Source of the DNA: Candidatus Bathyarchaeota archaeon
GTDB taxonomy: Archaea > Thermoproteota > Bathyarchaeia > TCS64
Assembly (NCBI GenBank): GCA_963780545.1
Contig: CAWACK010000016.1
Location: forward strand, 8,908 to 72,907
Direction: 5' to 3'
DNA: 64,000 nucleotides
Part shown: piece after piece, positions 1 to 9,706 of the stretch
Numbering within the stretch: position 1 is the first letter of the stretch
How the letters are laid out: every line of letters begins with the position of its first letter
Notes under the pieces: generated by a model
Told to the model about the DNA's origin: nothing
Database searches by the model: none
Seen by the model: only the letters and a program-made list of their open reading frames with translations
Translations under genes and position numbers: made by a program

Positions 1-1086
1 GACGACCCCAGCGAACTGGCGGGCTGTCGTCCCCTTGGGAACGAGGAAGCAGTCGGGGAGGATTCTACCCTTGCTGTCTGTGAGCTTCTCAGCATCCTCG
101 ACGGGGAAAACTACGATCATGTCGAGAAGACTGTGGAAAGCCTCGTTAATTGCGTCCTGAAGACCCGTGCTACCCCATTTCTTGAAGACCTTCTCGCGGA
201 TACTCTCTAGAGCCTTGAGCTGGTTGAGGTTGAGCTTTTCGGACTGGAGAATGGTGAAGTCCTTGTCCCCAGGGGTGTACTTTATGAGGCCAGCCTCGGC
301 TGCTCGGCGGAGTGCGAGTTCCGCTTCTGCGCATGTTGGAACGACTTTGTAGCCGGCTGCCTTGATCTTCTCGATGTTCTCGGTTGCCGGTTCTTTGTCT
401 GCCTTGTTTGCGGCTACGATGAGGGGTTTGGAAGATCTCCTGAGTTCGGTGGTGAAGCGGCGAAGGTCTTCTCGGGTCCATTGGGCAGCCTTGAAGGGAT
501 TAAGTTTCGCCTTTTCGCATGCGTTTTGGATATGTTGACGTGTTATGCCTAGTCCACTGAGCTTCTCGTCTATGTGTCTCCATATCTCCTCGTGTTTCAT
601 CTCAGCTGTGCGTGATAGGCGCTCCCAGTCCTTGATGACTATGCCATAGAGCCATGCGTCGAATTCCTCCTCGAATAGCTTGATATCGTCGATGGGGTCA
701 TGAGTTCCCGGTGCGCAGCTCTGGCCACCCTCGTCGGTGCAGCCGGCGGCGTCGCAGACTACGATTAGTGCGTCGGCGCGGCGGACCTCATCGAGGAACT
801 GGTTCCCTAACCCCTTTCCCTCGTGGGCTCCTCTTATTAGGCCTGGAGTGTCTATAAGGTCGATGGGGACTAATCTGACGCCATCTATGCAGGCCGAGTT
901 GTTTGGCTCATCCTTGACGTTGAACTCGCGGCAGACGCATGGTGTACGGAGGTAGCCGACGCCCCTGTTCGCCTTAATGGTGGTGAAGGGAAAGTTAGCT
1001 ATTTCGACGGGTTTGAGTGTTGCTGCGGCAAAGAATGTACTCTTGCCGACGTTCGCCTTGCCTACGAGTCCAACGAGTGGAGGCAT
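1..1086 (-). CDS. ychF: OBG-family redox-regulated ATPase YchF/Ola1, runs off the left edge (not in ORF track)
   Basis: Manual translation from ATG at 1086: MPPLVGLVGKANVGKSTFF (P-loop), NFPFTTI, DTPGLIRGAHEGKGLGNQFL; frame open to position 1. Confidence 0.92.
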   Translation of the reverse strand, partial: MPPLVGLVGKANVGKSTFFAAATLKPVEIANFPFTTIKANRGVGYLRTPCVCREFNVKDEPNNSACIDGVRLVPIDLIDTPGLIRGAHEGKGLGNQFLDEVRRADALIVVCDAAGCTDEGGQSCAPGTHDPIDDIKLFEEEFDAWLYGIVIKDWERLSRTAEMKHEEIWRHIDEKLSGLGITRQHIQNACEKAKLNPFKAAQWTREDLRRFTTELRRSSKPLIVAANKADKEPATENIEKIKAAGYKVVPTCAEAELALRRAAEAGLIKYTPGDKDFTILQSEKLNLNQLKALESIREKVFKKWGSTGLQDAINEAFHSLLDMIVVFPVEDAEKLTDSKGRILPDCFLVPKGTTARQFAGVV

Positions 1087-1175
1087 ATTGTACCGGATAT
1101 CCTGTTAGGGGCGTCGGTCTAAAACCCTTTTCGGCTCTAAACTTATAGTTGGCTATATAATCCACAAAGAATTAT

Positions 1176-1526
1176 TTATTTTTCGTAGAAGCCGGGGCCC
1201 TTATGGGGGCCGAAGCTGCGTAGGCCTTCCTCTCTCAACTGTTTTCGGAGGGCATTCGCCTCATCCTTCTCGATGTCTCCCTTCTTCTCAAGGAAACCGA
1301 TGATCTCCTCGGCTTCCTTTGTTTTCTTACATCGGCGGATGAAGTCGACGGCACCGGGCTGGTATCCGGCGTATTTCCTATCCTCCTTGTAGCTGGGCTC
1401 GGTGGAGGGCGGCGGCTCGTTAACCTTATTGAAATCGACTTTCGAGGTCCCTGACTCTATCTCGTCTATTATATGGGGGAAAAGCCTCTTGAAGTCCTTC
1501 TTCTCCATCGGGCTAGAACGTTGCAT
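1176..1526 (-). CDS. DUF2095-like conserved archaeal protein
   Basis: YQPGAVDFIRRC...EEIIGFLEKKGDI...GLRSFG..KGPGFY pattern. Confidence 0.7.
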   Translation of the reverse strand: MQRSSPMEKKDFKRLFPHIIDEIESGTSKVDFNKVNEPPPSTEPSYKEDRKYAGYQPGAVDFIRRCKKTKEAEEIIGFLEKKGDIEKDEANALRKQLREEGLRSFGPHKGPGFYEK

Positions 1527-1536
1527 ATGTTATTAA

Positions 1537-2805
1537 TTAATATGCCTTCGGCTTATCTCGGGAACCCTCAGCGGTTAGGAGAGCCCCCTCTGGGACATCC
1601 CTATCGACGGTGACACCGGGAGCAATCCATGCACCAGCTCCGACTTTGACCCCGGGATGGATGCTCACGTTGATGCCCGTTTGACAATCATCCCCCATAA
1701 CGATGCCGAGCTTCCTGAAGCCGGTATCGATACGCTCACCTTTTACTGTCATCTTGACGTTTTTATGGTCAAATCGGAGGTTCGCGGTTATGGTGCCAGC
1801 ACCGAGGTTACAACGCTCACCGATGATAGAGTCTCCGACATAGCTGAGGTGGGGAACGGCGGCTTTCTCCATTAGTATAGTGTTTTTGACCTCGCAGCTG
1901 GCACCGACGCGGTTACCTCCAACGAGCGTCGTACCCGCACGGATATAGTTGTTCGGTCCAACATCACAGTCAGGGCCTATGTAAACTGGTCCATCGATAT
2001 AGACGCCACTCCTTACCCTTGCAGTCGGAGCGATATAGACTGGTCCCTCGATGTGTACACTCTCCTCGATTTTTCCCTCTATTTTAGCTTCGAGTCTCGA
2101 TAAGGCCCTCGTGTTCGCCTCTAAGATGTGCCAGGGATGACCGATATCAAGCCAGTCACCGTCGTCCACCATGTGGAGGCGAGCCGAAACGCCTTTTGCG
2201 ATTAGGCTGTTCACCGAGTCGGTGACCTCGTACTCTCCCCTAGGGCTCAACTTTGTCACCTTGATTACATCAAAGATGGCGGCTGGGAAAATGTATATTC
2301 CCGCGTTGGTGACGTTGCTCGGTGCCGCTCCGGGCGAAGGCTTCTCGATTATACCTTGGACCCTATCACCCTGAAGCTTTAAGGCGCCATATAGGTAAGG
2401 GTCTCTTTCGAGCCCGGTGACGGTGAGTTCTCCTTTCTTGTGAGCCTTGACTATCTCTCTCAGGATGCCGGGGCTGAGGTACAGATCACCATTCATTCCG
2501 AGGAACTCCTCACCGTTTACAAAGCTCTCTGCAAACCTGAACGCGTCGGCAGTCCCCTTCATCTCCTCCTGAGTAACATAGCTGAGTTTCAGTCCGAGAG
2601 AGGAGCCATCCCCGAATCGCTTCTTGATTTTCTCCTCCATATAATGGGTGACGACTAAAACCTCCTCTACGCCGGCGTCGGCGACGCCCTTAAGGAGCCA
2701 CTCGAACTGAGGCCTTCCACCTATGGGGATGAGCTGTTTAGGCTTCGTTGATGTTAGTGGTCTAAGCCTCTCCGCCTTCCCAGCGGCTATTATGACTGCC
2801 TTCAT
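1537..2805 (-). CDS. glmU: Bifunctional sugar-1-phosphate nucleotidylyltransferase/acetyltransferase (archaeal GlmU)
   Basis: AAG..ERLRPLT..KPKQL NTP-transferase motif plus C-terminal hexapeptide repeats (HLSYVGDSIIG, NLGAGTITAN). Confidence 0.88.
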   Translation of the reverse strand: MKAVIIAAGKAERLRPLTSTKPKQLIPIGGRPQFEWLLKGVADAGVEEVLVVTHYMEEKIKKRFGDGSSLGLKLSYVTQEEMKGTADAFRFAESFVNGEEFLGMNGDLYLSPGILREIVKAHKKGELTVTGLERDPYLYGALKLQGDRVQGIIEKPSPGAAPSNVTNAGIYIFPAAIFDVIKVTKLSPRGEYEVTDSVNSLIAKGVSARLHMVDDGDWLDIGHPWHILEANTRALSRLEAKIEGKIEESVHIEGPVYIAPTARVRSGVYIDGPVYIGPDCDVGPNNYIRAGTTLVGGNRVGASCEVKNTILMEKAAVPHLSYVGDSIIGERCNLGAGTITANLRFDHKNVKMTVKGERIDTGFRKLGIVMGDDCQTGINVSIHPGVKVGAGAWIAPGVTVDRDVPEGALLTAEGSRDKPKAY

Positions 2806-4146
2806 TTATTTGCCTCCTTGATTAATTCTCTCCCGCTCTCTAACAAGATCTTGGTCACCTTCTCGTCCCTGCCCTCGGCGGTGAGCCTGATAATGGGCTC
2901 GGTGCCAGAGGCGCGTATGAGTATCCAACCCTCAGGGAGCTGAAGACGAATGCCATCGACACGGTTAATGCTCTGCACATCTCGAAAAACCCCTGTGTAC
3001 TGCTTCTCGACGAGTTTCATCGTCTGGACTTTGTCTTTGACAGGGATCTTAGCACTCTCGGTTGGGTACTCTGGTACATCAGCCACGAACTCTGATAGCT
3101 TTTGGTCGCGCTCCTCCAATGCTTTCAGGAGCTTAATGGCGCTTAGGATTCCATCGGGACACATGTTTACCTCTGGTAGGACCCAAGCGCCTATTGGTTC
3201 TCCACCGAATACTGCCTTCCTTCTCTCCATCTCCTCCGTGATATAGGCGTCGCCTACCTTGACACGTATAACCTTGCCCCCAGCTGCCTCAATCATTTCC
3301 TCCATGCACATGGAGGCACCGACGTGGGTGACGACTATGCCTTTTCCGACACGCCCGACGACGTAGCTTGCGTAGGCAGAGAGAAGTCGATCACCGCTAA
3401 CAGGTGTCCCCGTCTCGTCGACGGCCATCATCCTGTCGCCATCGCCGTCGAAGCCGAAGCCAACCTCCGCATCGGTTGCCTTCATATAGGTACCGAGTCT
3501 GCGGAGGTTCTCAGTGGTGGGCTCGGGATCGCCAGCGGGAAAATGGCCGTCTATGTGGCCGTTGATCAATGTTGGGTGGAGCCCAACGGTCATCAAAGGC
3601 ATCTGCTGCTATGGTACTAGTCGCCCCACAGAAGAGGTCACAGGCCACCCTCCACTCTCTCCCAAGCTCCACGCCTTCTTGGAGGGCGTCGAGGTACATC
3701 CATGTGGCCTCAACTTCGTCGTCAGAGCCCACGCCATCCCACGGTGCGTAGTCGAACTCACCACTCTCGATGAGTTCCTCAACCATTTTCTGCTCCTTCT
3801 CGGTGAGGCTCATGCCCCGAGAGTTGAAGACTTTGAAGCCGTTATATTGGGGTGGATTGTGGCTCGCCGAGATAGCTACCCCAACGTCTGATTCGAGCTC
3901 CCGCGTAAGCCAAGCTATCACAGGAGTCGGAAGGACGCCTATGAGCTTGGCGTCGGCCCCGCAGGAGGTTATTCCACTGGATAGGGCTGCCTCCAACATG
4001 GGCCCAGTGACGCGGGTATCCCTCCCAGCAACTATCTCTCCACCCTCATGGATGGTCGCTAAGGCGGATCCGAGTCGCTGAGCCATGATGGGAGTAATCT
4101 CGATGTTAGCAATACCGCGTATACCTGATGAACCGAAGAGCCTCAC
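2802..4146 (-). CDS. glmM: Phosphoglucosamine mutase/phosphohexomutase, split by one extra base near 3594
   Basis: LFGSSGIRG and SASHNP in ORF 3511-4146; FDGDGDR, GGE and IRASGTEP in ORF 2802-3602; span is 3n+1. Confidence 0.85.
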
Positions 4147-4736
4147 CTTGAACGCCTCCCGGGGACGAACTTGCGTAGGGGGTCAACCCTCAAAAGCCTT
4201 TCCAGCTCAGTGAGGGAGAGGCCCCTTTTGACGTCCCCGTATATGTCGCATCTCTCCTCAGTGTATTCTGCGGGGGATCGGACGACGACCTCCACCTCGT
4301 CATGGCCCAGATCAAGCTTGAAGTGGTAAGCGTGTACACCACCCTTGAATATGACCTCCTCCTTTTCCCTGATCCTATAAGAGGAGAGGACGGCTTCGAT
4401 TCTTACCGGGTAATCCGAGAGAGCGACGATGTCTATGTCGCTACCTTGTCTGGCTGTTCCCCTCCAGACGCTCCCTATGAGTCGTGGATTATAATTCCTA
4501 AGTGTGGTCATCACTTCAAGGGCGGTAGTCCTCATCTCCGTGAGTCTCCTCTGCCTCTCTCCACCTTCGAGCTCATCGGCGAGCCTGTCTAACTCGAGAG
4601 CTACTTCGTAGTTGCTAGGGGTTGCCTTGACCCCGAGACTTGAAGCTGCCATCTCCTTAGCCTGAATATACTCCTCGGCCATGCCATTGTAAAGAAGCCT
4701 CGCTGCTTCCCTAGCGACTGATAATCTATCGCCCAA
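4143..4736 (-). CDS. Pol-beta superfamily nucleotidyltransferase
   Basis: GSVWRG..R.GSDIDI motif; overlaps the glmM start (same operon). Confidence 0.8.
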   Translation of the reverse strand: MGDRLSVAREAARLLYNGMAEEYIQAKEMAASSLGVKATPSNYEVALELDRLADELEGGERQRRLTEMRTTALEVMTTLRNYNPRLIGSVWRGTARQGSDIDIVALSDYPVRIEAVLSSYRIREKEEVIFKGGVHAYHFKLDLGHDEVEVVVRSPAEYTEERCDIYGDVKRGLSLTELERLLRVDPLRKFVPGRRSR

Positions 4737-4795
4737 TCTGGGAAGAAAGATTGCTTGTGAAGGGTTAAACCCTCGTGTCGGATAAAAAACGATGT

Positions 4796-5354
4796 CTACT
4801 TGTTGTCCTGTAAAACCTTCTTCGTCACTGTGAGGAGACTATTCGGGCTAACCGGCTTCATCAGAACCTCCTTCACGTCGACAGGTTCGTCCTTAAGCCC
4901 CTCAGCAAGCTTCTCGTAGCCCGTGATCATGACTACCTTCGTCTTCTTCCCCTGCTTCTTAATGATACGGGCAACCTCATCACCATTAATGTCGGGAAGC
5001 TTGATGTCGAGAATGATCAAGATCGTAGCTCTTGTCTTTGGTCTTATGGATGGCTTGCATCCCTGTAGAGGCGACCTCAACTAGGTATCCTACGGTCTCA
5101 AGAATCACTTTGAAGGTCTCAGTTAGGAACTCGTCGTCGTCAACTATCAAGATGCTAGATTTACCGGAGATTACCTCTTCGGCTTCCTTCTTCGCCTCCT
5201 CCATGAGTACTTTGTCCTCGGGCTTCATCTCGCCGGACTCAAGTTTTTCAGAGAGCTTCTCCAACCTCTGGGTGATCTCGTAGAGGCTTTCCTCATGTTC
5301 TTTGAGAATGCTTATGAGAAAGTCTAGGACATCTATTTTTTCCTTCATGCCCAT
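4796..5354 (-). CDS. Response regulator receiver (REC) protein with N-terminal coiled-coil extension, one extra base near 5019
   Basis: ILIVDDD, (D)LIILDIKLPDING, VVMITG and VLMKP across ORFs 4986-5408 and 4796-5080; span is 3n+1. Confidence 0.8.
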
Positions 5355-5411
5355 TACTGAAACCCGATTCACATACGTAGCATGGAATAAAAGCCGTTGT
5401 GGTTCCATGAT

Positions 5412-5437
5412 TCATAAAACTTAAATAAGATTTATGA
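5412..5437. promoter_or_regulatory. Inverted repeat TCATAAA-N12-TTTATGA, candidate transcription-factor site upstream of the REC gene
   Basis: Perfect 7-bp dyad enclosing an AT-rich TATA-like sequence. Confidence 0.35.
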
Positions 5438-5476
5438 GGGTAAGTCCGTTTTCTTCTGTTAACGGTTAATAGAAAA

Positions 5477-5720
5477 GGGAGTGGGGGTTACCGCCTCGGC
5501 GGGTCTCGTCCATGGTCGAGTTTCCTGGGGTGCCCAACGACGGGTTGCAGGCTCCCATCGCCCCGGGGCTCGCGCAAAACTTGCTGCAGGTGGTCCAAGA
5601 CGCCGTATTCGGGTCTTCCCTTATCACAGCGGCTCCGGACGAGGCAGCCAAGTCGGTTGGGTTCATTCGTTGGCGGATGTTTCCTATCCCCCAATTATCC
5701 CAACCCCTATGTTCGCTCCC
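5477..5720 (-). ncRNA. Unidentified structured non-coding RNA, about 245 nt
   Basis: GC-rich island; TTTTAAAA box at 5742-5749; terminal GGGAG/CUCCC stem followed by UUUU; several 5-7 bp helices whose G-U pairs work only on the minus strand; K-turn-like motifs. Confidence 0.7.
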
Positions 5721-5741
5721 AACACAGCAAACTACATCTGC

Positions 5742-5749
5742 TTTTAAAA
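5742..5749 (-). promoter_or_regulatory. TATA box of the putative ncRNA
   Basis: TTTTAAAA about 25 nt upstream of the GGGAG 5' end at 5720. Confidence 0.55.
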
Positions 5750-5854
5750 CGATTCAGGAGCCACCATATAGATGCCTAAAGTGATAGCTGAAACGCGTAT
5801 CAAGGTAAAGTTGGGAAAACCTTATGTTTGCGCCACATCTAGCATTTGTTCATT

Positions 5855-6124
5855 ATGCCTCGTAGAGGTAAAGTCGAGATATACATCGAAGTCCTCGAGA
5901 TTGTTATGAAGGGTGAGGCCAAGCCGACTAGGATTATGTATAGCGCTAACCTATCATGGAAAGTATTTCAGAGTGTCCTAAACAACCTAATCAACCAGGG
6001 TCTCATCACGGAGAACGAAGAACCCGCGGGGAAGGAGAGAGACGTGAAGAGGTACGAGATAACAGAATCGGGAATGAACGTTCTCAGATACTTCAGGAAG
6101 GCTACGATGGCGCTCCCAAAGTAA
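5855..6124 (+). CDS. Small winged helix-turn-helix protein (DUF4364/HTH_45-like regulator)
   Basis: RRGKVEIYIEVL...KPTRIMYSANLSW...L...GLI...YEITESG pattern. Confidence 0.82.
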   Translation: MPRRGKVEIYIEVLEIVMKGEAKPTRIMYSANLSWKVFQSVLNNLINQGLITENEEPAGKERDVKRYEITESGMNVLRYFRKATMALPK

Positions 6125-6167
6125 GCAGCATTTCCTTTATATCACCTGACTTGTTGTAACCGTACTG

Positions 6168-6743
6168 GTGTCTTACGTTTTGTCAGGTCGGGTCGATGCC
6201 GATACGTTGTTTCAGGAGATCAACGCGGTCTTCAAGCGATATGGTGTGGAGAAAGGAATGGGCTTCGTCCCCGATAGGTTAGAGATCACTTTCGAGAGAG
6301 CAACTTCAAATGTATGTGCCTTGGTTTACAAGGAGTTCTTCACCTACCTACCACCAAAAGTTATGGAGATTGCGACCAGTAACGCTGTCGACTTCCTCTC
6401 CAATCTAGGGGTGCCAAAGGAGAAGATCACACTCTTGAAGAGTGGTGTCGAGGTTCACCTAGAGGGAGATGCACGGATCGCTTATTTTCCCATCCTCGAG
6501 ATGCTAATCCAGGATAGGGATATCTCCATGAACTTGGAGCCAGCTATCGACTCCCTTAAGGGTTCGATTAGGTCCCTCATGGGACTTTTCGACTTCAACT
6601 GGAGCTGGGACAAGGAAGCGGAGGAGAGGTGGAGGAGCAGCTTGGCTAAACTCGACGAGATCATCGAGGCCAACCCAGGTATGCAGTGTGAGATAGACGA
6701 GATCGTGAAGCGACATTCCTTAGCGAAAGAGAAGAGTATTTAA
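6168..6743 (+). CDS. Hypothetical protein
   Basis: 191-aa ORF with normal composition, no motif recognised. Confidence 0.6.
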   Translation: MSYVLSGRVDADTLFQEINAVFKRYGVEKGMGFVPDRLEITFERATSNVCALVYKEFFTYLPPKVMEIATSNAVDFLSNLGVPKEKITLLKSGVEVHLEGDARIAYFPILEMLIQDRDISMNLEPAIDSLKGSIRSLMGLFDFNWSWDKEAEERWRSSLAKLDEIIEANPGMQCEIDEIVKRHSLAKEKSI

Positions 6744-6991
6744 TCACTGATCTTACCGCCAAACCCAATCTATACAAAGAGTTCAAGAGTACAATATCCA
6801 TGGGATAGCTCAATGCTCAACATATACACGAGTATATATCATAAACATAATTATTTCGAGTATTGATGAATACTATGAAAGAAAAATTATCCATTAAAAT
6901 ATGGTGATTAAATAATGATTAATGGTGAATTTATGTGAATTTTATTGATAAGAAAAGTATCTCCTAAAGGTTTTTATCGAGTCTTCTCGCG

Positions 6992-8005
6992 TTGCTGTTG
7001 AAGGTGGCCAGAATAAATCCCCTCATCTGTCTGGGCATAGAGTCCACTGCGGATAACCTAGGGGTAGGTATAGCTACCTCCGATGGAAAGATTCTAGCGA
7101 ACGAGGTGAAGGTGCACGTTCCCGAACTCGGTGGCATCCACCCACGGGAGGCGGCGAGGCACCACTCTGAGAACATAGGCACAATGATAACGAAGGCTTT
7201 AGAAAAAGCGCAGATCACTAACAAGGACATCGACATCGTTTCCTTCGCTCAGGGACCCGGCCTCGGTCCTTGTCTACGAACTGGCGCGACATCCGCACGT
7301 GCTCTCGCAGGCTACCTTAAGGTGCCCCTCATCGGAGTCAACCACTGCATAAGCCACGTTGAGATAGGACGTCTCGCTACTGGAGCGATGGACCCTCTCA
7401 CTCTCTATGTAAGCGGAGGCAACACAATAGTATCCGGATTCGAGTCGGGAAGATACAGGGTATTCGGGGAGACCCTCGACATCGCCATCGGGAACTGTCT
7501 CGATACTTTTGCTCGCCTCGCTGGGCTCGAATACCCCGGCGGACCAGCCATAGAAAAATTCGCCGCAATGGGTTCGAAGCTGATCCCACTCCCCTACGCT
7601 GTCAAGGGAATGGACATGAGCTTTAGCGGTCTCCTCACAGCCGTCAGTAACGAGTTCAAGACAGGGAAGCATAGTATACCCGACCTCTGCTACAGTCTAC
7701 AGGAAACAGGCTACGCCATGCTTGGGGAGGTAACTGAGAGGGCGCTCGCTCACACTCGGAAACAGGAGGTTCTACTAACGGGTGGAGTCGGTGCCAATAA
7801 GAGACTCCGTGAGGTCATTAAAGAGATTGCTGAGGAGCAGGGGGCCAAGCCCTACTATGTCCCAATAAGCCTTGCTACAGACAATGGTGCAATGATCGCT
7901 TGGACCGGTATCCTAGCCTACACACACGGAATAAGAACGCCAATAGAAACAAGCTATGTTAACTCCAAGTGGAGGATGGATGAGGTGGAGATACCTTGGC
8001 GTTGA
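6992..8005 (+). CDS. kae1: KEOPS subunit Kae1, tRNA t6A threonylcarbamoyltransferase
   Basis: LGIESTA, GIHPREAARHH, GPGLGPCL, NHCISHVEIG, LYVSGGNT, TDNGAMIA. Confidence 0.96.
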   Translation: MLLKVARINPLICLGIESTADNLGVGIATSDGKILANEVKVHVPELGGIHPREAARHHSENIGTMITKALEKAQITNKDIDIVSFAQGPGLGPCLRTGATSARALAGYLKVPLIGVNHCISHVEIGRLATGAMDPLTLYVSGGNTIVSGFESGRYRVFGETLDIAIGNCLDTFARLAGLEYPGGPAIEKFAAMGSKLIPLPYAVKGMDMSFSGLLTAVSNEFKTGKHSIPDLCYSLQETGYAMLGEVTERALAHTRKQEVLLTGGVGANKRLREVIKEIAEEQGAKPYYVPISLATDNGAMIAWTGILAYTHGIRTPIETSYVNSKWRMDEVEIPWR

Positions 8006-8634
8006 CGCTCATAGCCAAAGGAGCCGAGGCCGATCTCCTCCTCGACATCGACTGGAATGGCAGGAAGGCTCTCCTTAAGCGCCGAGGGGTGAAGAAGTAT
8101 CGACACCCTCAGATCGATAGAGAGATCCGACGCTACAGAACACTTCACGAGGCCGATATCATCCACCGTGCCAAGGAGGCGGGTGTGCCAACCCCGCTTA
8201 TCTACCAGCTCGACCCCGAGGGTGCAACAATCATAATGGAGTTCATTGAAGGCGAGAAAGTCAGAGACTTGGTCCCACGTCTGAGCGAAGAGGAAAACAG
8301 GGCACTCTTTAAGCTCATCGGGGAGGAGTCAGGTAAGCTACACAGAGCTGGTATTATTCATGGCGACCTCACAACTAGCAATATCCTAAAGATCAACAAC
8401 CGTGTCGTCTTCATCGACTTTGGTCTCGGTGAGGTCTCTAAGGAGGTCGAGAAGCGGGGTGTCGACTTCAACCTTATGGTCAGGATGCTCGCAAGTACCC
8501 ACTACACCGTGATGGAAATACTCCTGGAAGCCTTTAAGGAGGGCTATAGGGAGACGATGGGTCCAGAGGCAGAGGAGGTCTTCCAACGTGCAGACGAAGT
8601 CAGACGTAGGGGGCGTTACATTGACAAAGAGTAG
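7996..8634 (+). CDS. bud32: KEOPS kinase Bud32
   Basis: KGAEA, IIHGDLTTSN, IDFGL; adjacent to kae1. Confidence 0.94.
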   Translation: MALTLIAKGAEADLLLDIDWNGRKALLKRRGVKKYRHPQIDREIRRYRTLHEADIIHRAKEAGVPTPLIYQLDPEGATIIMEFIEGEKVRDLVPRLSEEENRALFKLIGEESGKLHRAGIIHGDLTTSNILKINNRVVFIDFGLGEVSKEVEKRGVDFNLMVRMLASTHYTVMEILLEAFKEGYRETMGPEAEEVFQRADEVRRRGRYIDKE

Positions 8635-9179
8635 AATCTGGATGGCCACCGGCAACAGTCATAAAGTTCAGGAAGCCGCGCAGGTCATGGCATCCTATGG
8701 TATTATGCTCGAACACTATCCCTTAGAGCGTGTCGAGATTCAGGCCGATGATCCCGCCGATATCGCAGCATACAGCCTCAGTATGGTCAAAGACGAACAT
8801 CCCCTTATGCGTCGAGGACGCCGGCTTCTTCATCGACCGCTGGAGTGGATTTCCCGGCCCGTACAGCAGTTATATCCTTGAACACTTGGGTAACGCCGGC
8901 ATCCTCAAGCTCATGGAGAGCGAGCTAAACCGGAGCGCATATTATGTCTCAGCGGTCGCCTATCGGGACGAATCTGGTGTAAAAATCTTCCGTGGTACAG
9001 TTAACGGCGAGATAGCACACAGCATCAGGGGCACTAATGGATTTGGCTACGACCCCATCTTCATACCTTCAGAAGGAGACGGTCGCACATTTGGCGAGAT
9101 GGACGAAGCGGAGAAAAACAAGATCAGCCACCGCGCCCGCGCCTTCCGTGCCCTAGCCGAGTGGCTCACAGAAATTTAG
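8621..9179 (+). CDS. rdgB: Non-canonical purine NTP pyrophosphatase (RdgB/HAM1), one extra base near 8803
   Basis: ATGNSHKVQE, then VEDAG, GFPGPYS, GFGYDPIF, KNKISHRARA in the shifted frame; span is 3n+1. Confidence 0.88.
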
Positions 9180-9248
9180 TAAAGTTTTTTAAACCACACC
9201 TAGTCTTAAACTAGCGCATCCCGGGTAACACAAACAGGCGAAAACATT

Positions 9249-9695
9249 ATGGTCGGTAAGATGTCAAGCATGCGGGGGCGTTCCCTTTCCCAGAGGCCCG
9301 TCTCCAAGAGGCCGCCTACTTGGGTGGTCTACCAGCCAGACGAGGTCAAAGCCCTCATCATTAACCTTGCGAGGGAGGGAAGAAAACAGAGCGAGATCGG
9401 TAGCACCCTCCGCGACGAGCACGGCATCCCACTCGTAAAACCCCTAGTAGGCTACGGTATCCGAAAGGTACTCATCGAAGCAGGCCTCGCCACCACCATT
9501 CCCGAGGACCTCTACAACCTAATGATTCGTGCAACTCGTATGAAACGTCACATGGAGAGGAACCCGAAGGACTACGGCAACAAGAGAGGCCTACAGCTTA
9601 CCGAGTCTATGATCTACAGGATCACGAAGTACTACAAGAGCAAGGGTGTCTTGCCAAAGGACTGGAACTACAGGGACGAAATCGTCACCATTTAA
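9249..9695 (+). CDS. rps15: 30S ribosomal protein S15 (uS15, S13e type)
   Basis: S.IG..LRD.HGIP, IPEDLYNL, KD..NKRGLQL. Confidence 0.95.
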   Translation: MVGKMSSMRGRSLSQRPVSKRPPTWVVYQPDEVKALIINLAREGRKQSEIGSTLRDEHGIPLVKPLVGYGIRKVLIEAGLATTIPEDLYNLMIRATRMKRHMERNPKDYGNKRGLQLTESMIYRITKYYKSKGVLPKDWNYRDEIVTI

Positions 9696-9706
9696 CCTGA
9701 TCCGGC

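Noticed and set aside
5477-5720. SRP RNA, tmRNA or fluoride riboswitch identity
   Set aside because: No SRP helix-8 motif, no T-arm or tag ORF, and GGCGAUGG lacks the pairing partners a fluoride riboswitch needs
5466-5784. Four overlapping short ORFs across the GC-rich island
   Set aside because: No motifs, mutually overlapping, and explained by high GC; RNA structure and promoter geometry fit a ncRNA better
6745-6990. Very AT-rich spacer as a replication origin
   Set aside because: No repeated ORB motifs and no cdc6/orc1 gene nearby
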